This document shows positions 29,895 to 38,949 of a DNA stretch of 64,000 bases, one piece after another. The notes below the pieces were generated by a model that saw nothing but the letters and a program-made list of their open reading frames with translations, did not search any database and had not been told where the DNA came from. The position numbers and the translations under genes were made by a program. This DNA is from Candidatus Iainarchaeum sp. (lineage in GTDB: Archaea > Iainarchaeota > Iainarchaeia > Iainarchaeales > 1-14-0-10-31-34), in assembly GCA_017609625.1 (NCBI GenBank), contig JAFCDN010000010.1, forward strand, positions 9,153 through 73,152, in the 5' to 3' direction. Numbering within the stretch: the first letter of the stretch is position 1; each line of letters opens with the position of its first letter.

Positions 29895-29909
29895 AATTTA
29901 CTGGTTTGA

Positions 29910-30731
29910 ATGGATATAAAAAAAGAATATGATTCTTTCAGAAAAAAACTCTCTTTTTTGAAGTGGCTTGATCCGTTTACTTATATTGAAATTCTTCTTA
30001 GAAAATTTCATCCAGAAAAAGAAAACCCTTCAAACACAGATAAATTAATTGACAACGTAGTTTATATTGTTTCAGCTTTAATTCTGGCTTTTCTTTTATA
30101 CACTCTTTTAGGCCTTCTGCTTAACACAAGTTCCCCTATGGTGATTGTTTCTAGTTCTTCAATGGTTCCGGAAATGTACAGAGGAGACATTATTGTATTA
30201 TATGGAGAAAAAAACCTTAAAGCAAAAGAAGTAAATTTTGACGGAAGCATTTCAGATAAAATGTATTTAGAGTACGGAAAAACTTTTCCTGATCCAGTGG
30301 AAAAATTCATTGATACTTCCACCGGACAAATTATAGTTAAATTAAATACTGCAGAAGAAATACAGATTGGAGAAGAAAAATTTCCTGTAACAAAAGACGG
30401 AGACACAATAGTTTATTTTTCTCAGTATTCCCAGAAAGACATTATTCACAGGGCTGTAGCAAAAATTAATGCAACAGACGGTGTTTTTTTCTTAACAAAA
30501 GGAGCTGCAAACCCCTCTCTTGATCAGGAATGCGTTAAAGAAACAACTGCAACAGGACAAACAGTTTATTTAGCCTGTATTTCAAAGAAAGCAGTATCAG
30601 AAGAAGAAGTTAAAGGAAAAGCAGTTTTTAGAATTCCTTTAGTCGGCTGTATTAAAATCTGGGTTTTTGACAATATCCCTGCTTTTTTTGCAACAGGAAA
30701 ACTTCCTTCAGATTTTTATGGTGTCTGCTAA
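29910..30731 (+). CDS. Signal peptidase I (archaeal Sec11/S26-type)
   Basis: N-terminal TM, catalytic Ser box IVSSSSMVPEMYRGDIIVL, and His box DIIHRAVAKI, with a long insertion between them. Confidence 0.65.
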   Translation: MDIKKEYDSFRKKLSFLKWLDPFTYIEILLRKFHPEKENPSNTDKLIDNVVYIVSALILAFLLYTLLGLLLNTSSPMVIVSSSSMVPEMYRGDIIVLYGEKNLKAKEVNFDGSISDKMYLEYGKTFPDPVEKFIDTSTGQIIVKLNTAEEIQIGEEKFPVTKDGDTIVYFSQYSQKDIIHRAVAKINATDGVFFLTKGAANPSLDQECVKETTATGQTVYLACISKKAVSEEEVKGKAVFRIPLVGCIKIWVFDNIPAFFATGKLPSDFYGVC

Positions 30732-30878
30732 AACCTTTTAGAAAAAGGTTTATCAAAAACTGCTTCGCAGAAACCTTTTAGAAAAAGGTTTATCAAAAAC
30801 TGCTTCGCAGAAACCTTTTAGAAAAAGGTTTATCAAAATGCTTCGCAGAAACCTTTTAGAAAAAGGTTTATCAAAATG
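30731..30878. repeat. Tandem array of 3.6 x ~40-bp units, each containing a perfect hairpin AAACCTTTT-aga-AAAAGGTTT
   Basis: Units at 30731-30770, 30771-30810 and 30811-30848 (2-nt deletion), plus a partial unit 30849-30878. A further hairpin GTCCAGC-gcaag-GCTGGAC is at 30878-30896. The array starts at the signal-peptidase stop codon. Confidence 0.85.
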
Positions 30879-30977
30879 TCCAGCGCAAGGCTGGACTGCT
30901 GTTCTAAAGAAATACTCTTTAAATTACTTCTACTGATTATTTCTTATTGTAAAAGAAAAAACAAAAAAGGTGAATAA

Positions 30978-31724
30978 ATGAAATTAGTTTTAGATGATGC
31001 AACTCAATTCAAGAAAGCAATTGATGCAATCTCTGTTTTAATTGATGAAGCAGAAGTAATTGTTTCAAAAGACGGATTAAAAGTTAAGGCAACAGACCCT
31101 TCTCAGATTTCAATGATTGATTTTAAAATGCCAAAAAGTGCTTTCTCTGAATATACAATAGAAAACGAAACAAAGCTTGGAATAGATTTGAATTATTTAA
31201 GCCAGGTATTAAACAGAAGCAAAGCAAAAGAAAAATTAATCCTGGAACTGCAGGAAAAAGAATCAAGGTTAAAGGTTCAGTTGAAAGGAAATTCTGTCAG
31301 GACTTTTTCTGTTCCGCTTATAGATATTTCTTCTGCTGACCTTCCAACTCCAAAAGTTGAGTTTGATGCAGTAATAAAAGCAAAAGCAAACTTAATTCGA
31401 GACGGATTAAAAGATTCTTCTTTGGTTAGCACGCATGTAACTTTAGGAATCACTTCAAAAAACTTTTTTATTAAAGCAAGCTCTTCTAAAGGAGAAACAG
31501 TAAATGAAATAACAAAAGAAGACAAAGACTTAAAGGAATTAAATGCAAAAAAAGAATGCTATGCAATGTTTCCTTTGGATTATCTGCAGGACATGCTTAA
31601 AGCAACTGAAGCAGATACAATAGTTGAATTGTCTTTGAAAAGCAATGCTCCAGTGAAAATAAACTATTTAGTAGGAAAAGCAGAATTAGAATACTTTTTG
31701 GCTCCAAGAATAGAGTCATCCTAA
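30978..31724 (+). CDS. pcn: DNA polymerase sliding clamp PCNA (paralog 1)
   Basis: MKLVLDDATQFKKAIDAISVLIDEAEVIVSKDGLKVKATDPSQISMIDF..., a ~248-aa length, and a C-terminal ...FLAPRIE. RBS aaaggtga. Confidence 0.85.
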   Translation: MKLVLDDATQFKKAIDAISVLIDEAEVIVSKDGLKVKATDPSQISMIDFKMPKSAFSEYTIENETKLGIDLNYLSQVLNRSKAKEKLILELQEKESRLKVQLKGNSVRTFSVPLIDISSADLPTPKVEFDAVIKAKANLIRDGLKDSSLVSTHVTLGITSKNFFIKASSSKGETVNEITKEDKDLKELNAKKECYAMFPLDYLQDMLKATEADTIVELSLKSNAPVKINYLVGKAELEYFLAPRIESS

Positions 31725-31775
31725 ATCTGTCTTTGACACAATCCTTTTATTTCACTTACTCTGTTATTTTAGTGC

Positions 31776-32759
31776 ATGATAGAGTTTTTTGCTTTCTTTA
31801 TTTTAGGAATCTTTTTGTTAGTTAAAGGCAGTGACTTGTTTGTTGTTTCTGCTTCTCGTTTGGCAAAAGTTCTTGGAGTGTCAGAATTAGTTATCGGCTT
31901 GACTGTTGTTGCAATCGGAACTTCTTTGCCGGAACTTGCTTCTTCTTTAATGGCTTCTTTTTATGGTAATTCAGGTTTGGTTGTAGGAAACATTATCGGC
32001 AGCAATATTGCAAATTTAGCTTTGATTTTAGGTGTTGCAGGATTTTTTCACACTCTAAGAATAGAAAAAAGATTGTTTGAAAGGGAATGCTATATTCTGA
32101 TTGGAGTTACACTTCTTTTTTATATTCTGATGATGGATTTTATTATTTCTTTTGCTGATGCAATTCTGCTTGTTTTTTTGTTTTTTGCTTACATGTTTTT
32201 TATGTTCAAATTCAGGGCACAGTTTCATGAAATATTTAAAGTGAATTTATACATTGAACATCTTGCAAGCTTTAGAAAATTTCTGTACCTGCTAAAAGAC
32301 AATTTCAAAAAAATTCTGGTAGGAGAAACTTTGGTTTTGATTGTTTCTCTTGCAGGGCTGCTTGTTGGCGCTTATTTTGTGGTTGATTCTGCAACAAACC
32401 TTGCAAAAGCTTTTTCTTTATCTGACACTTTTATTGGTTTGACTTTAGTTGCTTTGGGAACTTCTCTTCCTGAACTGGCAGTAGCTTTGGTTTCTTTAAG
32501 CAAGGGATTCCATAACATGCTTATAGGAAACATTGTCGGAAGCAATATATTCAATATTCTTTTAGTTGGAGGTTTTGCTTCTCTTATAAGGCCTATAGCT
32601 ATAGATGAATTTATTTTAGCTGTTTTAGGGCCTTTTTTGATTGCAGTTTCTGCAGTATTCCTGTTGTTTGCCTGGAGTGATTTGCAGATAAAAAAAACCG
32701 AAGGAATTGTATTATTTATTCTTTACCTGCTTTTCCTGGCAATGGTTCTTCCGAAATGA
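31776..32759 (+). CDS. Ca2+/cation antiporter, CaCA family (YrbG-like)
   Basis: Two alpha-repeats, GTSLPELASSLMAS and GTSLPELAVALVS, each followed by GNIIGSNI / GNIVGSNIFNI. Confidence 0.85.
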   Translation: MIEFFAFFILGIFLLVKGSDLFVVSASRLAKVLGVSELVIGLTVVAIGTSLPELASSLMASFYGNSGLVVGNIIGSNIANLALILGVAGFFHTLRIEKRLFERECYILIGVTLLFYILMMDFIISFADAILLVFLFFAYMFFMFKFRAQFHEIFKVNLYIEHLASFRKFLYLLKDNFKKILVGETLVLIVSLAGLLVGAYFVVDSATNLAKAFSLSDTFIGLTLVALGTSLPELAVALVSLSKGFHNMLIGNIVGSNIFNILLVGGFASLIRPIAIDEFILAVLGPFLIAVSAVFLLFAWSDLQIKKTEGIVLFILYLLFLAMVLPK

Positions 32760-32777
32760 TTAGCTTAATATACTACT

Positions 32778-32972
32778 TTGCCCTTATTTTTTAGAATGGA
32801 TTTTATTAGAAAAAACTATGAGAAAAGAACTGCAGCGTTAAGTGTAATCTGGCTGGCAGCTTTTACTGCATTTTATTTCAATGGAAACCAGTTTATGGAA
32901 ATGACTTTAGTGTTTATTGTAGGCTGGTTTTTTTCTCTGGTTATATTAAATAAACCAAAAAAAGATGAATAA
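32778..32972 (+). CDS. Small membrane protein (hypothetical)
   Basis: 64-aa ORF with two hydrophobic segments. Weak support. Confidence 0.2.
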   Translation: MPLFFRMDFIRKNYEKRTAALSVIWLAAFTAFYFNGNQFMEMTLVFIVGWFFSLVILNKPKKDE

Positions 32973-32974
32973 AA

Positions 32975-33157
32975 ATGTCTTTTTCAAATGTAATTGCAGG
33001 TGTGCTGGCAGGAGCAATAGCTTTTCTTTCAAACTCTTTAGTTCAGTTTCTGTTAAATCAAAAAGTAGATTTTCTGGAAGCATTTCTTACAGCTTTAATT
33101 ATTGCAGTAATTTTTTTTCTTATTACTTTCCGTTTTTCCAAAAATAAGAGCCTTTAA
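32975..33157 (+). CDS. Small membrane protein (hypothetical)
   Basis: 60-aa ORF with two hydrophobic helices. Weak support. Confidence 0.2.
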   Translation: MSFSNVIAGVLAGAIAFLSNSLVQFLLNQKVDFLEAFLTALIIAVIFFLITFRFSKNKSL

Positions 33158-34004
33158 ACGGGTCAATGTGAATAAACGCTCTGTCGATTTCTTCCATTGA
33201 TTCAATTGAGTATTGAACATTTTTTCCAATTGAATGTGCTTTCTGCACTGAAATGCTTTCATCTACAACAACATGAATTTCAACCTGAACCAAAACCCCT
33301 AAATGCTGTGCTTTAATGTCATGAACTGATTTAATTCCTTCAACTTTTGTTGCTTTTCTTTTAATTTCTTCTATTAATTTTTTTGAAGGGGCTTTTCCGA
33401 TTAATTGATTAGAACTTTCTAATGAAATTTTCACTCCGCTCCACACAATATAAAAAGAAATCAACAAAGCCATTAATGGATCCAAAAAAGAATAGTTATT
33501 CATTGCTCCAAAGATTCCGATTAAAGCTGCAACAGAAATTAATACATCAACTTTGCTGTCTTTTGCTATTGCAATTAAAGCAGTGCTTTTTGTTTTCTTT
33601 CCGACTTTTTTAGTGTAGACTGCCAAAATCACTTTTACTATAATGCTAATAAACAAAACTACAAGTGCGAGAAACCCAAATTTTATTGTGGTTCCAGAAA
33701 TCAACTTTAAAATTCCTTCTTTTGCTAATTCAATTCCAATCACTGCAACCAGCACTCCAATAACCAGTCCTGCAATGGATTCTGCTCTTTCATGCCCAAA
33801 TGGATGGCATAAATCAGGCTTTTTGCATGCAACCCTTACAGCAATTAAAGTAATTGCAGAAGAAAGAATATCTGAAAGAGAATTCAATGAATCTGCAATC
33901 AAAGAAAAGCTTCCTGAAAGAATCCCAATAAAAATTTTAATTAAAAAAAGAAAAATATTTCCTGAGAGATTCAGCAATGAAACAAACTTTTTTTCTTTTT
34001 CCAT
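33123..34004 (-). CDS. Cation diffusion facilitator (CDF) family metal efflux transporter
   Basis: IKIFIGILSGSFSLIADSLNSLSDILSS...HPFGHERAESIAGL, six TM helices, and a C-terminal cytoplasmic domain. Confidence 0.85.
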   Translation of the reverse strand: MEKEKKFVSLLNLSGNIFLFLIKIFIGILSGSFSLIADSLNSLSDILSSAITLIAVRVACKKPDLCHPFGHERAESIAGLVIGVLVAVIGIELAKEGILKLISGTTIKFGFLALVVLFISIIVKVILAVYTKKVGKKTKSTALIAIAKDSKVDVLISVAALIGIFGAMNNYSFLDPLMALLISFYIVWSGVKISLESSNQLIGKAPSKKLIEEIKRKATKVEGIKSVHDIKAQHLGVLVQVEIHVVVDESISVQKAHSIGKNVQYSIESMEEIDRAFIHIDPFKGSYFWKNGK

Positions 34005-34093
34005 TTAACCAACAACTTTTTGCTTAAATATTTTATTTGTCCAGCTTATTTAATCTTTCCATCTTTTTTTATTAACATTCTTTTTATTTAAAT

Positions 34094-34705
34094 ATGATTT
34101 TTATGTTTGAAGTTAATTTAATTGAAGTTTTTATTTTAGGCCTGTTATTTGGTTTTGGTCCCTGCACTGTGTTCTGTGCCCCAATTTTGACTCCAATGGT
34201 TTTATCCAGCGCAAAATCAGCAAAAGAAGGACTTTTCGAAGGAATTTCTTTTAGTTTAGGCAGGCTTTTAAGTTATTCTGTTTTAGGAGCTGCAGCAGCT
34301 TTTATCGGAAGCAAGATTAGCACTATAATGCCTCCTTGGTTTTTTGGATTGTTTATAATTGTTTTAGGAATTCTAATTTTATTGAAAAAAACCCCAAAAC
34401 TTTGTGGGGTTTTCTCTAAATACAAAGGAGTTCACGCTGCATTTGTTACAGGAGTTTTTGTAGGGTTTGCTCCGTGCTATCCTTTGGTTGCGGCATTATC
34501 GCTTGCAGCAGTTTCTGGGTCAGTTTTTTTAGGTGCATTAATTGGATTTGTTTTTGGTTTGGGAACAATGCTTTCGCCTTTGCTGTTAATCAGCCTTGCC
34601 GCAGGAAAATGGGCTTCTTTTTCAATACAGTTCCAAAAAACAAACACAATAATCAGCGGGCTATTCCTGATTTTTTTGGGCGCAATAACTTTGCTTGCAG
34701 TCTAG
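34094..34705 (+). CDS. CcdA/DsbD-family thiol:disulfide transmembrane electron-transfer protein (DsbD_2-like)
   Basis: Two G-x-x-PC motifs in TM helices (LLFGFGPCTVFCAPILTP and FVGFAPCYPLVAAL), with about 6 TM helices. Confidence 0.45.
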   Translation: MIFMFEVNLIEVFILGLLFGFGPCTVFCAPILTPMVLSSAKSAKEGLFEGISFSLGRLLSYSVLGAAAAFIGSKISTIMPPWFFGLFIIVLGILILLKKTPKLCGVFSKYKGVHAAFVTGVFVGFAPCYPLVAALSLAAVSGSVFLGALIGFVFGLGTMLSPLLLISLAAGKWASFSIQFQKTNTIISGLFLIFLGAITLLAV

Positions 34706-34706
34706 T

Positions 34707-35090
34707 TTAAGATTCTTCTAAAAGGCTGTCAATTTTCCAGGCTTTTTCTTCTTTTACAAAAAAGATGTTTCCTTTTGAAGTGTTTAAAATCATTTCTTCA
34801 TTTTGAACCACAACTATTTCTGAAACATATTCAGCTGAAACCAGTTCTTCAAATTCATTGCTTTCTACAGCCCATTTTTTGAATAAATCAAAAGAGTTTT
34901 TGAATTTGTTTTCCTTAAACTCAGAAGAAAAACAGTTCCAAGCGAAATCCAAATCATTTCCTGCAGCTGCTTTTTTTAAATTCTCAAAAGTGTAAATCGG
35001 TGCAACAGGATCTTTATATTCTGCTTTTTGAGTGCAGCCAAAAGAAAAAAATAAAACAAAAAGCAAAATCAATGCAAAAACTTTTTTCAT
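34707..35090 (-). CDS. Putative lipoprotein / secreted protein
   Basis: Signal peptide with a lipobox-like LFFSFGC. Confidence 0.35.
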   Translation of the reverse strand: MKKVFALILLFVLFFSFGCTQKAEYKDPVAPIYTFENLKKAAAGNDLDFAWNCFSSEFKENKFKNSFDLFKKWAVESNEFEELVSAEYVSEIVVVQNEEMILNTSKGNIFFVKEEKAWKIDSLLEES

Positions 35091-35158
35091 ACTCTCATTT
35101 AATTTTTTAGAACAAATCCTTAATAAATAAGCTTTGGTTATTATATAAGGTTTTTTCT

Positions 35159-36169
35159 TTGAAGAGAATCACTTTGTTGAGAAGAACTTTTCAGATAATT
35201 TCATTCATTTTGATAGTATATCTTGGGGTAATTGTATCACAATTGATTGCAATGGAAGTATTGCCTCCTGCTTTAAGTGCAGCTGAATTCAAGGATGCAA
35301 CAGGCCCGGCATTAGAAAAAGACACTACAGGAAAAGTTGAATTGACAGGAGGTCTTTATGGGCCGGTAAAAACATGCAGATATGCCCAAGGAGATGCAGA
35401 ACTCTTTCAGGGCTGTGCATTATATTTCATATCCAGAAGTTTAACTTATCTGCCTCCAATCGAATTCATTTTGCCTTTTATTGTTTTTTTGCTTTTAGCT
35501 TTTTTTATTTTTGGTAGGGCGTGGTGCGGCTGGATTTGCCCTATTGGATTTTTTTCTGAAATAATCAACAGCATTAGAAGGGTTTTAGGAATAGGTTATC
35601 TTACTTTTTCTCCGCGAACTAATAATTTTCTTTTAAACGTGCGCTATGGCATGCTTACTTTGATTGTTTTGATTTCACTTGCAATTTTTTTCCCTGCAAT
35701 GGTTCCTTTCCAAAAAGATTTGTTAGTGTCTAGTTGTCAGCTCTGTCCTGTGCGATTTATTTTTCAGTTCCTGGCAGGACAGATTCCAATATTTTTCTCT
35801 TTTGATTCAATAATAGTAACTTTGTTTTCAATAGTGGGAATGATTTTATTTTTGTTTTTAATTTCTGGTGTGTTATTCAGAAAACCTTGGTGCAGAATCT
35901 GCCCTTCAGGTGCAATAGCTTCTTTTTTCAACAAAACCAGTTTGCTAACAAAAGAAAAAGATGTAAAAAAATGCACTAAATGCGGAATCTGCAAAAGAAT
36001 CTGTCTGGTTCAGAACACTCATGTTTATGATGAAAAAGAAAGCAAGGAATTAAACAATGCAAACTGCATCCGTTGTTTTAGGTGTGTAGAACACTGCCCT
36101 GAAAAAGACTGCCTAAAAGTAAAGTTTTTGGGAAAAACTCTTTACAGCAGCAACATTAAAAACAGGTGA
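35159..36169 (+). CDS. NapH/MauN-like membrane polyferredoxin (CGWICP motif plus 2x[4Fe-4S])
   Basis: TM helices with GRAWCGWICPIG and KPWCRICPSG, and a C-terminal CTKCGICKRIC...NCIRCFRCVEHCP ferredoxin-type domain. Confidence 0.7.
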   Translation: MKRITLLRRTFQIISFILIVYLGVIVSQLIAMEVLPPALSAAEFKDATGPALEKDTTGKVELTGGLYGPVKTCRYAQGDAELFQGCALYFISRSLTYLPPIEFILPFIVFLLLAFFIFGRAWCGWICPIGFFSEIINSIRRVLGIGYLTFSPRTNNFLLNVRYGMLTLIVLISLAIFFPAMVPFQKDLLVSSCQLCPVRFIFQFLAGQIPIFFSFDSIIVTLFSIVGMILFLFLISGVLFRKPWCRICPSGAIASFFNKTSLLTKEKDVKKCTKCGICKRICLVQNTHVYDEKESKELNNANCIRCFRCVEHCPEKDCLKVKFLGKTLYSSNIKNR

Positions 36170-36173
36170 ATTA

Positions 36174-37073
36174 ATGAAAAAGATTTTCTTTCTTCTATCA
36201 ATTTTTTTATTATTTTTTCCTTTTTGTTCAGCCCATGCATGGGAAGAACTAAATCAGATTTTTAAATGTGAACAGCCGGCAAAAATAAGCATTGGAGAAG
36301 TAAAAGAAACAAAAGACGGTTTTTATTTTTCTGTTTTTGTTTCAAACAATTCTTTAACTGCAACAAAAGAATGTGCTCCTTGGAGAAACAAAATCCAGAA
36401 CTCTAAAATTGTTTTATTTAACGGAAATGAAGAAAATCTTTTTGAAGTTTTAGTTGAGCCGGAAAAGCAGACAATAAAAATAGATGAAGAAAGTGCTTTC
36501 AAAATAACAGTAAAAAGAATCAAACCAGTTTATTATGAAACACTTTTGGATTTCAGGTTTTTTTCTGACCAGATTAATTTAGTTAAACCTATTTTTGTTA
36601 AAATTCCAAATGATGTTTCCTCAAAAAAAGCAGGGGTTTTTCTTGGAGAAGATTTTCCTATAGTTTTTGCCAGTGCAACAGAGCCTGATGAAATAACTTT
36701 TCAGAGAGGAAAAGAAGGAGAATTTAAACTCTTTTTGAGAAACGCAAGCAAAATTGATTTGCATAATGTAAAACTGAAAATAATTGAAAGTGATTTTGAA
36801 GTTGAAATTTTTCCGGAAGAATTTGAGGAAATGAAAGCAAATGAAATAAGAAGCTTTACTATTTCAGCAAAAGAAACAACAGATAAGCCTGTCGGGCAGT
36901 ACAAGATTTTGTTTGAAATTACTGCAGAAGAGTTCCCTTATTCTTTGACAAAAAACATCTGGATAACTGTTGTTTTAGAAGACCTTTTTGTTTACCTTTT
37001 TGCAGGAATAATAATTTTATTAATCGCTTTGGTTTTGTTCAGATACAAAAAGTTTTTTTCAGCAAAAAACTAG
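36174..37073 (+). CDS. Secreted protein with a C-terminal membrane anchor (hypothetical)
   Basis: Signal peptide MKKIFFLLSIFLLFFPFCSAHA and a C-terminal TM LFVYLFAGIIILLIALVLF followed by a basic tail. Confidence 0.35.
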   Translation: MKKIFFLLSIFLLFFPFCSAHAWEELNQIFKCEQPAKISIGEVKETKDGFYFSVFVSNNSLTATKECAPWRNKIQNSKIVLFNGNEENLFEVLVEPEKQTIKIDEESAFKITVKRIKPVYYETLLDFRFFSDQINLVKPIFVKIPNDVSSKKAGVFLGEDFPIVFASATEPDEITFQRGKEGEFKLFLRNASKIDLHNVKLKIIESDFEVEIFPEEFEEMKANEIRSFTISAKETTDKPVGQYKILFEITAEEFPYSLTKNIWITVVLEDLFVYLFAGIIILLIALVLFRYKKFFSAKN

Positions 37074-37616
37074 TCAGCATTTCGGCTGAATTTCTTTTTT
37101 CTTGCATGTCTGATAAAAAAAGATTTCTTCGCTGAAAGTTCCAATCAACACCTGAAACTTTTGTGCGATATCATATGTTTCTACTCCGCAGCACACTTCA
37201 AATTCATGTGTTTTTGTTGCATCAGCGTAATCAAATGATTCTAATTTTCCTTCAGTTACTCCAAAATAGCTTTCTTCTTTATCGTAGTAATTTACTCCAT
37301 CAATTATTTTCACGCAATGGAATTCTCTTTCAAAAAGCCATTGATTCCATTCATCTATTTTTGGCAGTTCAACTTCAAAATAAAGTTTTAGATCACAGTT
37401 TTCTTCTTTGCATTCTTCGCAGAACTCCTGCATGTCTTCAATTTTTCCTTTGCTGTTTTCTTCTTTCCATTCAAGTTTATTAAGAGAAACATCTTCTGCA
37501 GAGAATGCCTGAAATGAACCAATGCTTCCGATTATCAAAAACACTCCAAGCAATATAAGACAAAAAATAAATGCAATTTTTTTTCTTCCAAGTTTTTTCA
37601 AATCTTCTTTAAGCAT
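37074..37616 (-). CDS. Membrane-anchored extracytoplasmic Cys-containing protein (hypothetical)
   Basis: N-terminal TM IAFIFCLILLGVFLIIGSIG, and 8 Cys in the extracellular part (CEECKEENC...CC...C). Confidence 0.3.
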   Translation of the reverse strand: MLKEDLKKLGRKKIAFIFCLILLGVFLIIGSIGSFQAFSAEDVSLNKLEWKEENSKGKIEDMQEFCEECKEENCDLKLYFEVELPKIDEWNQWLFEREFHCVKIIDGVNYYDKEESYFGVTEGKLESFDYADATKTHEFEVCCGVETYDIAQKFQVLIGTFSEEIFFYQTCKKKEIQPKC

Positions 37617-37896
37617 TCTTAATTACCTTTTTTGAGTAAAAAAATATACAGAGAGCTGTTAATATAAGTATTGCAGTGCTCCATGGAGTAAAAGTACAAT
37701 GAGAATAATAACCTAAAAGATTTTCTTTGCTTGCAGGCAAAGGAAGCACAGTTGAAACTGCTGAGATTAAAAGCAGTGCAATAAGAATTTTTTTAAAGTC
37801 TATTTTCATCAACATCCTAAAAAAATAACTCCCAAATGTTTTTAACTTTCTTGCACTTATTTTTAAACAGATGAAACTTTTTACCTTATCCAACAC
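37609..37896 (-). CDS. Small two-TM membrane protein (hypothetical)
   Basis: 95-aa ORF overlapping the downstream gene by 8 nt, with two hydrophobic helices. Confidence 0.25.
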   Translation of the reverse strand: MLDKVKSFICLKISARKLKTFGSYFFRMLMKIDFKKILIALLLISAVSTVLPLPASKENLLGYYSHCTFTPWSTAILILTALCIFFYSKKVIKNA

Positions 37897-38905
37897 AAGG
37901 CGTGCAGTGCAGATAATTGCTTTTTTTCTTTTAGTTTACACTTCTATTTTTTTAACCACAGGAATAGATATTGAAGGTCTGCCTTTTGTAAGTGTGCCAA
38001 AAGATGTTGTAAGACCTGAATGGTATGCTCCGGAAAAAGGCTATACTGAAGTTTTTGATACTTATCTTCCAATAAAAAGCTGCAGGTTTATTGCAGATGA
38101 AAACAGGGCTTTTAGAGCATGTTTTATGCATTTTGCAAATGAAAGCATTGTCTGGAATTCCCCTCCAGAAGAATGGATACCTCATTTACTGTTATTTCTT
38201 TTCGCTGCATTAATTTTTGCACGAGCCTGGTGCGGCTGGATTTGCCCTTTAGGTTTTATTTCTGAAAGCGCTTTTTGGATTAGAAAAAAACTCGGTTTTA
38301 AGGAAAGGAAAATTCCTGAAAAAATAAAACAATATATTCCTGCATTTAAATATGGTTTTCTTTCTTTTGTGTTTCTACTTTCGCTTTTAGTGATTCTTCC
38401 AATTGGTCTTTCAGCTTTTCAGGGAGAATTTTCAATTGTAAACTGTGCGACCTGCCCTGCAAGAACAATCTTTCCTTTGTTTGCAGGAAAATTTTCACTG
38501 GATTTTTCTTTCAGCAATCCGGTTTACTTTTTGTTTTCAATAATTGGAATAGCTTTTTTGCTTGTTTTTATTTCTAGTTTTTTCTTTTCCCGCCCTTGGT
38601 GCAGGATCTGTCCTTCTGGAGCGCTGCTATCTCTTTTAAATCCGGTTTCTTTCCTTAGAAAAGAAAAAGAAAAAGAGAAATGCACTTCATGCGGAATCTG
38701 CGAGAGAATCTGCCCGATGGATAACACTACAATCCAGGAAAAGAAAGGAGATTCAATTAACACAGGAAACTGCATCCGTTGTTTTAGGTGTGTAGAACAT
38801 TGTCCTGAAGAAGACTGCCTTAAAGTAAAGTTTTTTGGAAAAACAATTTATAAATCAAAATATAAAGAGAAAACTGAATCGCTTTTGGATTCAACTAAAA
38901 AATAA
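37871..38905 (+). CDS. NapH/MauN-like membrane polyferredoxin, paralog 2
   Basis: ARAWCGWICPLG, RPWCRICPSG, and CTSCGICERICP...NCIRCFRCVEHCP. Its 3' ~85 nt are nearly identical to those of the 35159..36169 paralog. Confidence 0.7.
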   Translation: MKLFTLSNTRRAVQIIAFFLLVYTSIFLTTGIDIEGLPFVSVPKDVVRPEWYAPEKGYTEVFDTYLPIKSCRFIADENRAFRACFMHFANESIVWNSPPEEWIPHLLLFLFAALIFARAWCGWICPLGFISESAFWIRKKLGFKERKIPEKIKQYIPAFKYGFLSFVFLLSLLVILPIGLSAFQGEFSIVNCATCPARTIFPLFAGKFSLDFSFSNPVYFLFSIIGIAFLLVFISSFFFSRPWCRICPSGALLSLLNPVSFLRKEKEKEKCTSCGICERICPMDNTTIQEKKGDSINTGNCIRCFRCVEHCPEEDCLKVKFFGKTIYKSKYKEKTESLLDSTKK

Positions 38906-38949
38906 AGTTTATTAAATGTAAATGTCTTAATAATTCAAGAAGTGTTTTT

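Noticed and set aside
30731-30896. Possible mini-CRISPR array
   Set aside because: The 40-bp units are identical end-to-end with no unique spacers, and no cas genes or leader are nearby. It is a tandem repeat, not repeat-spacer architecture.
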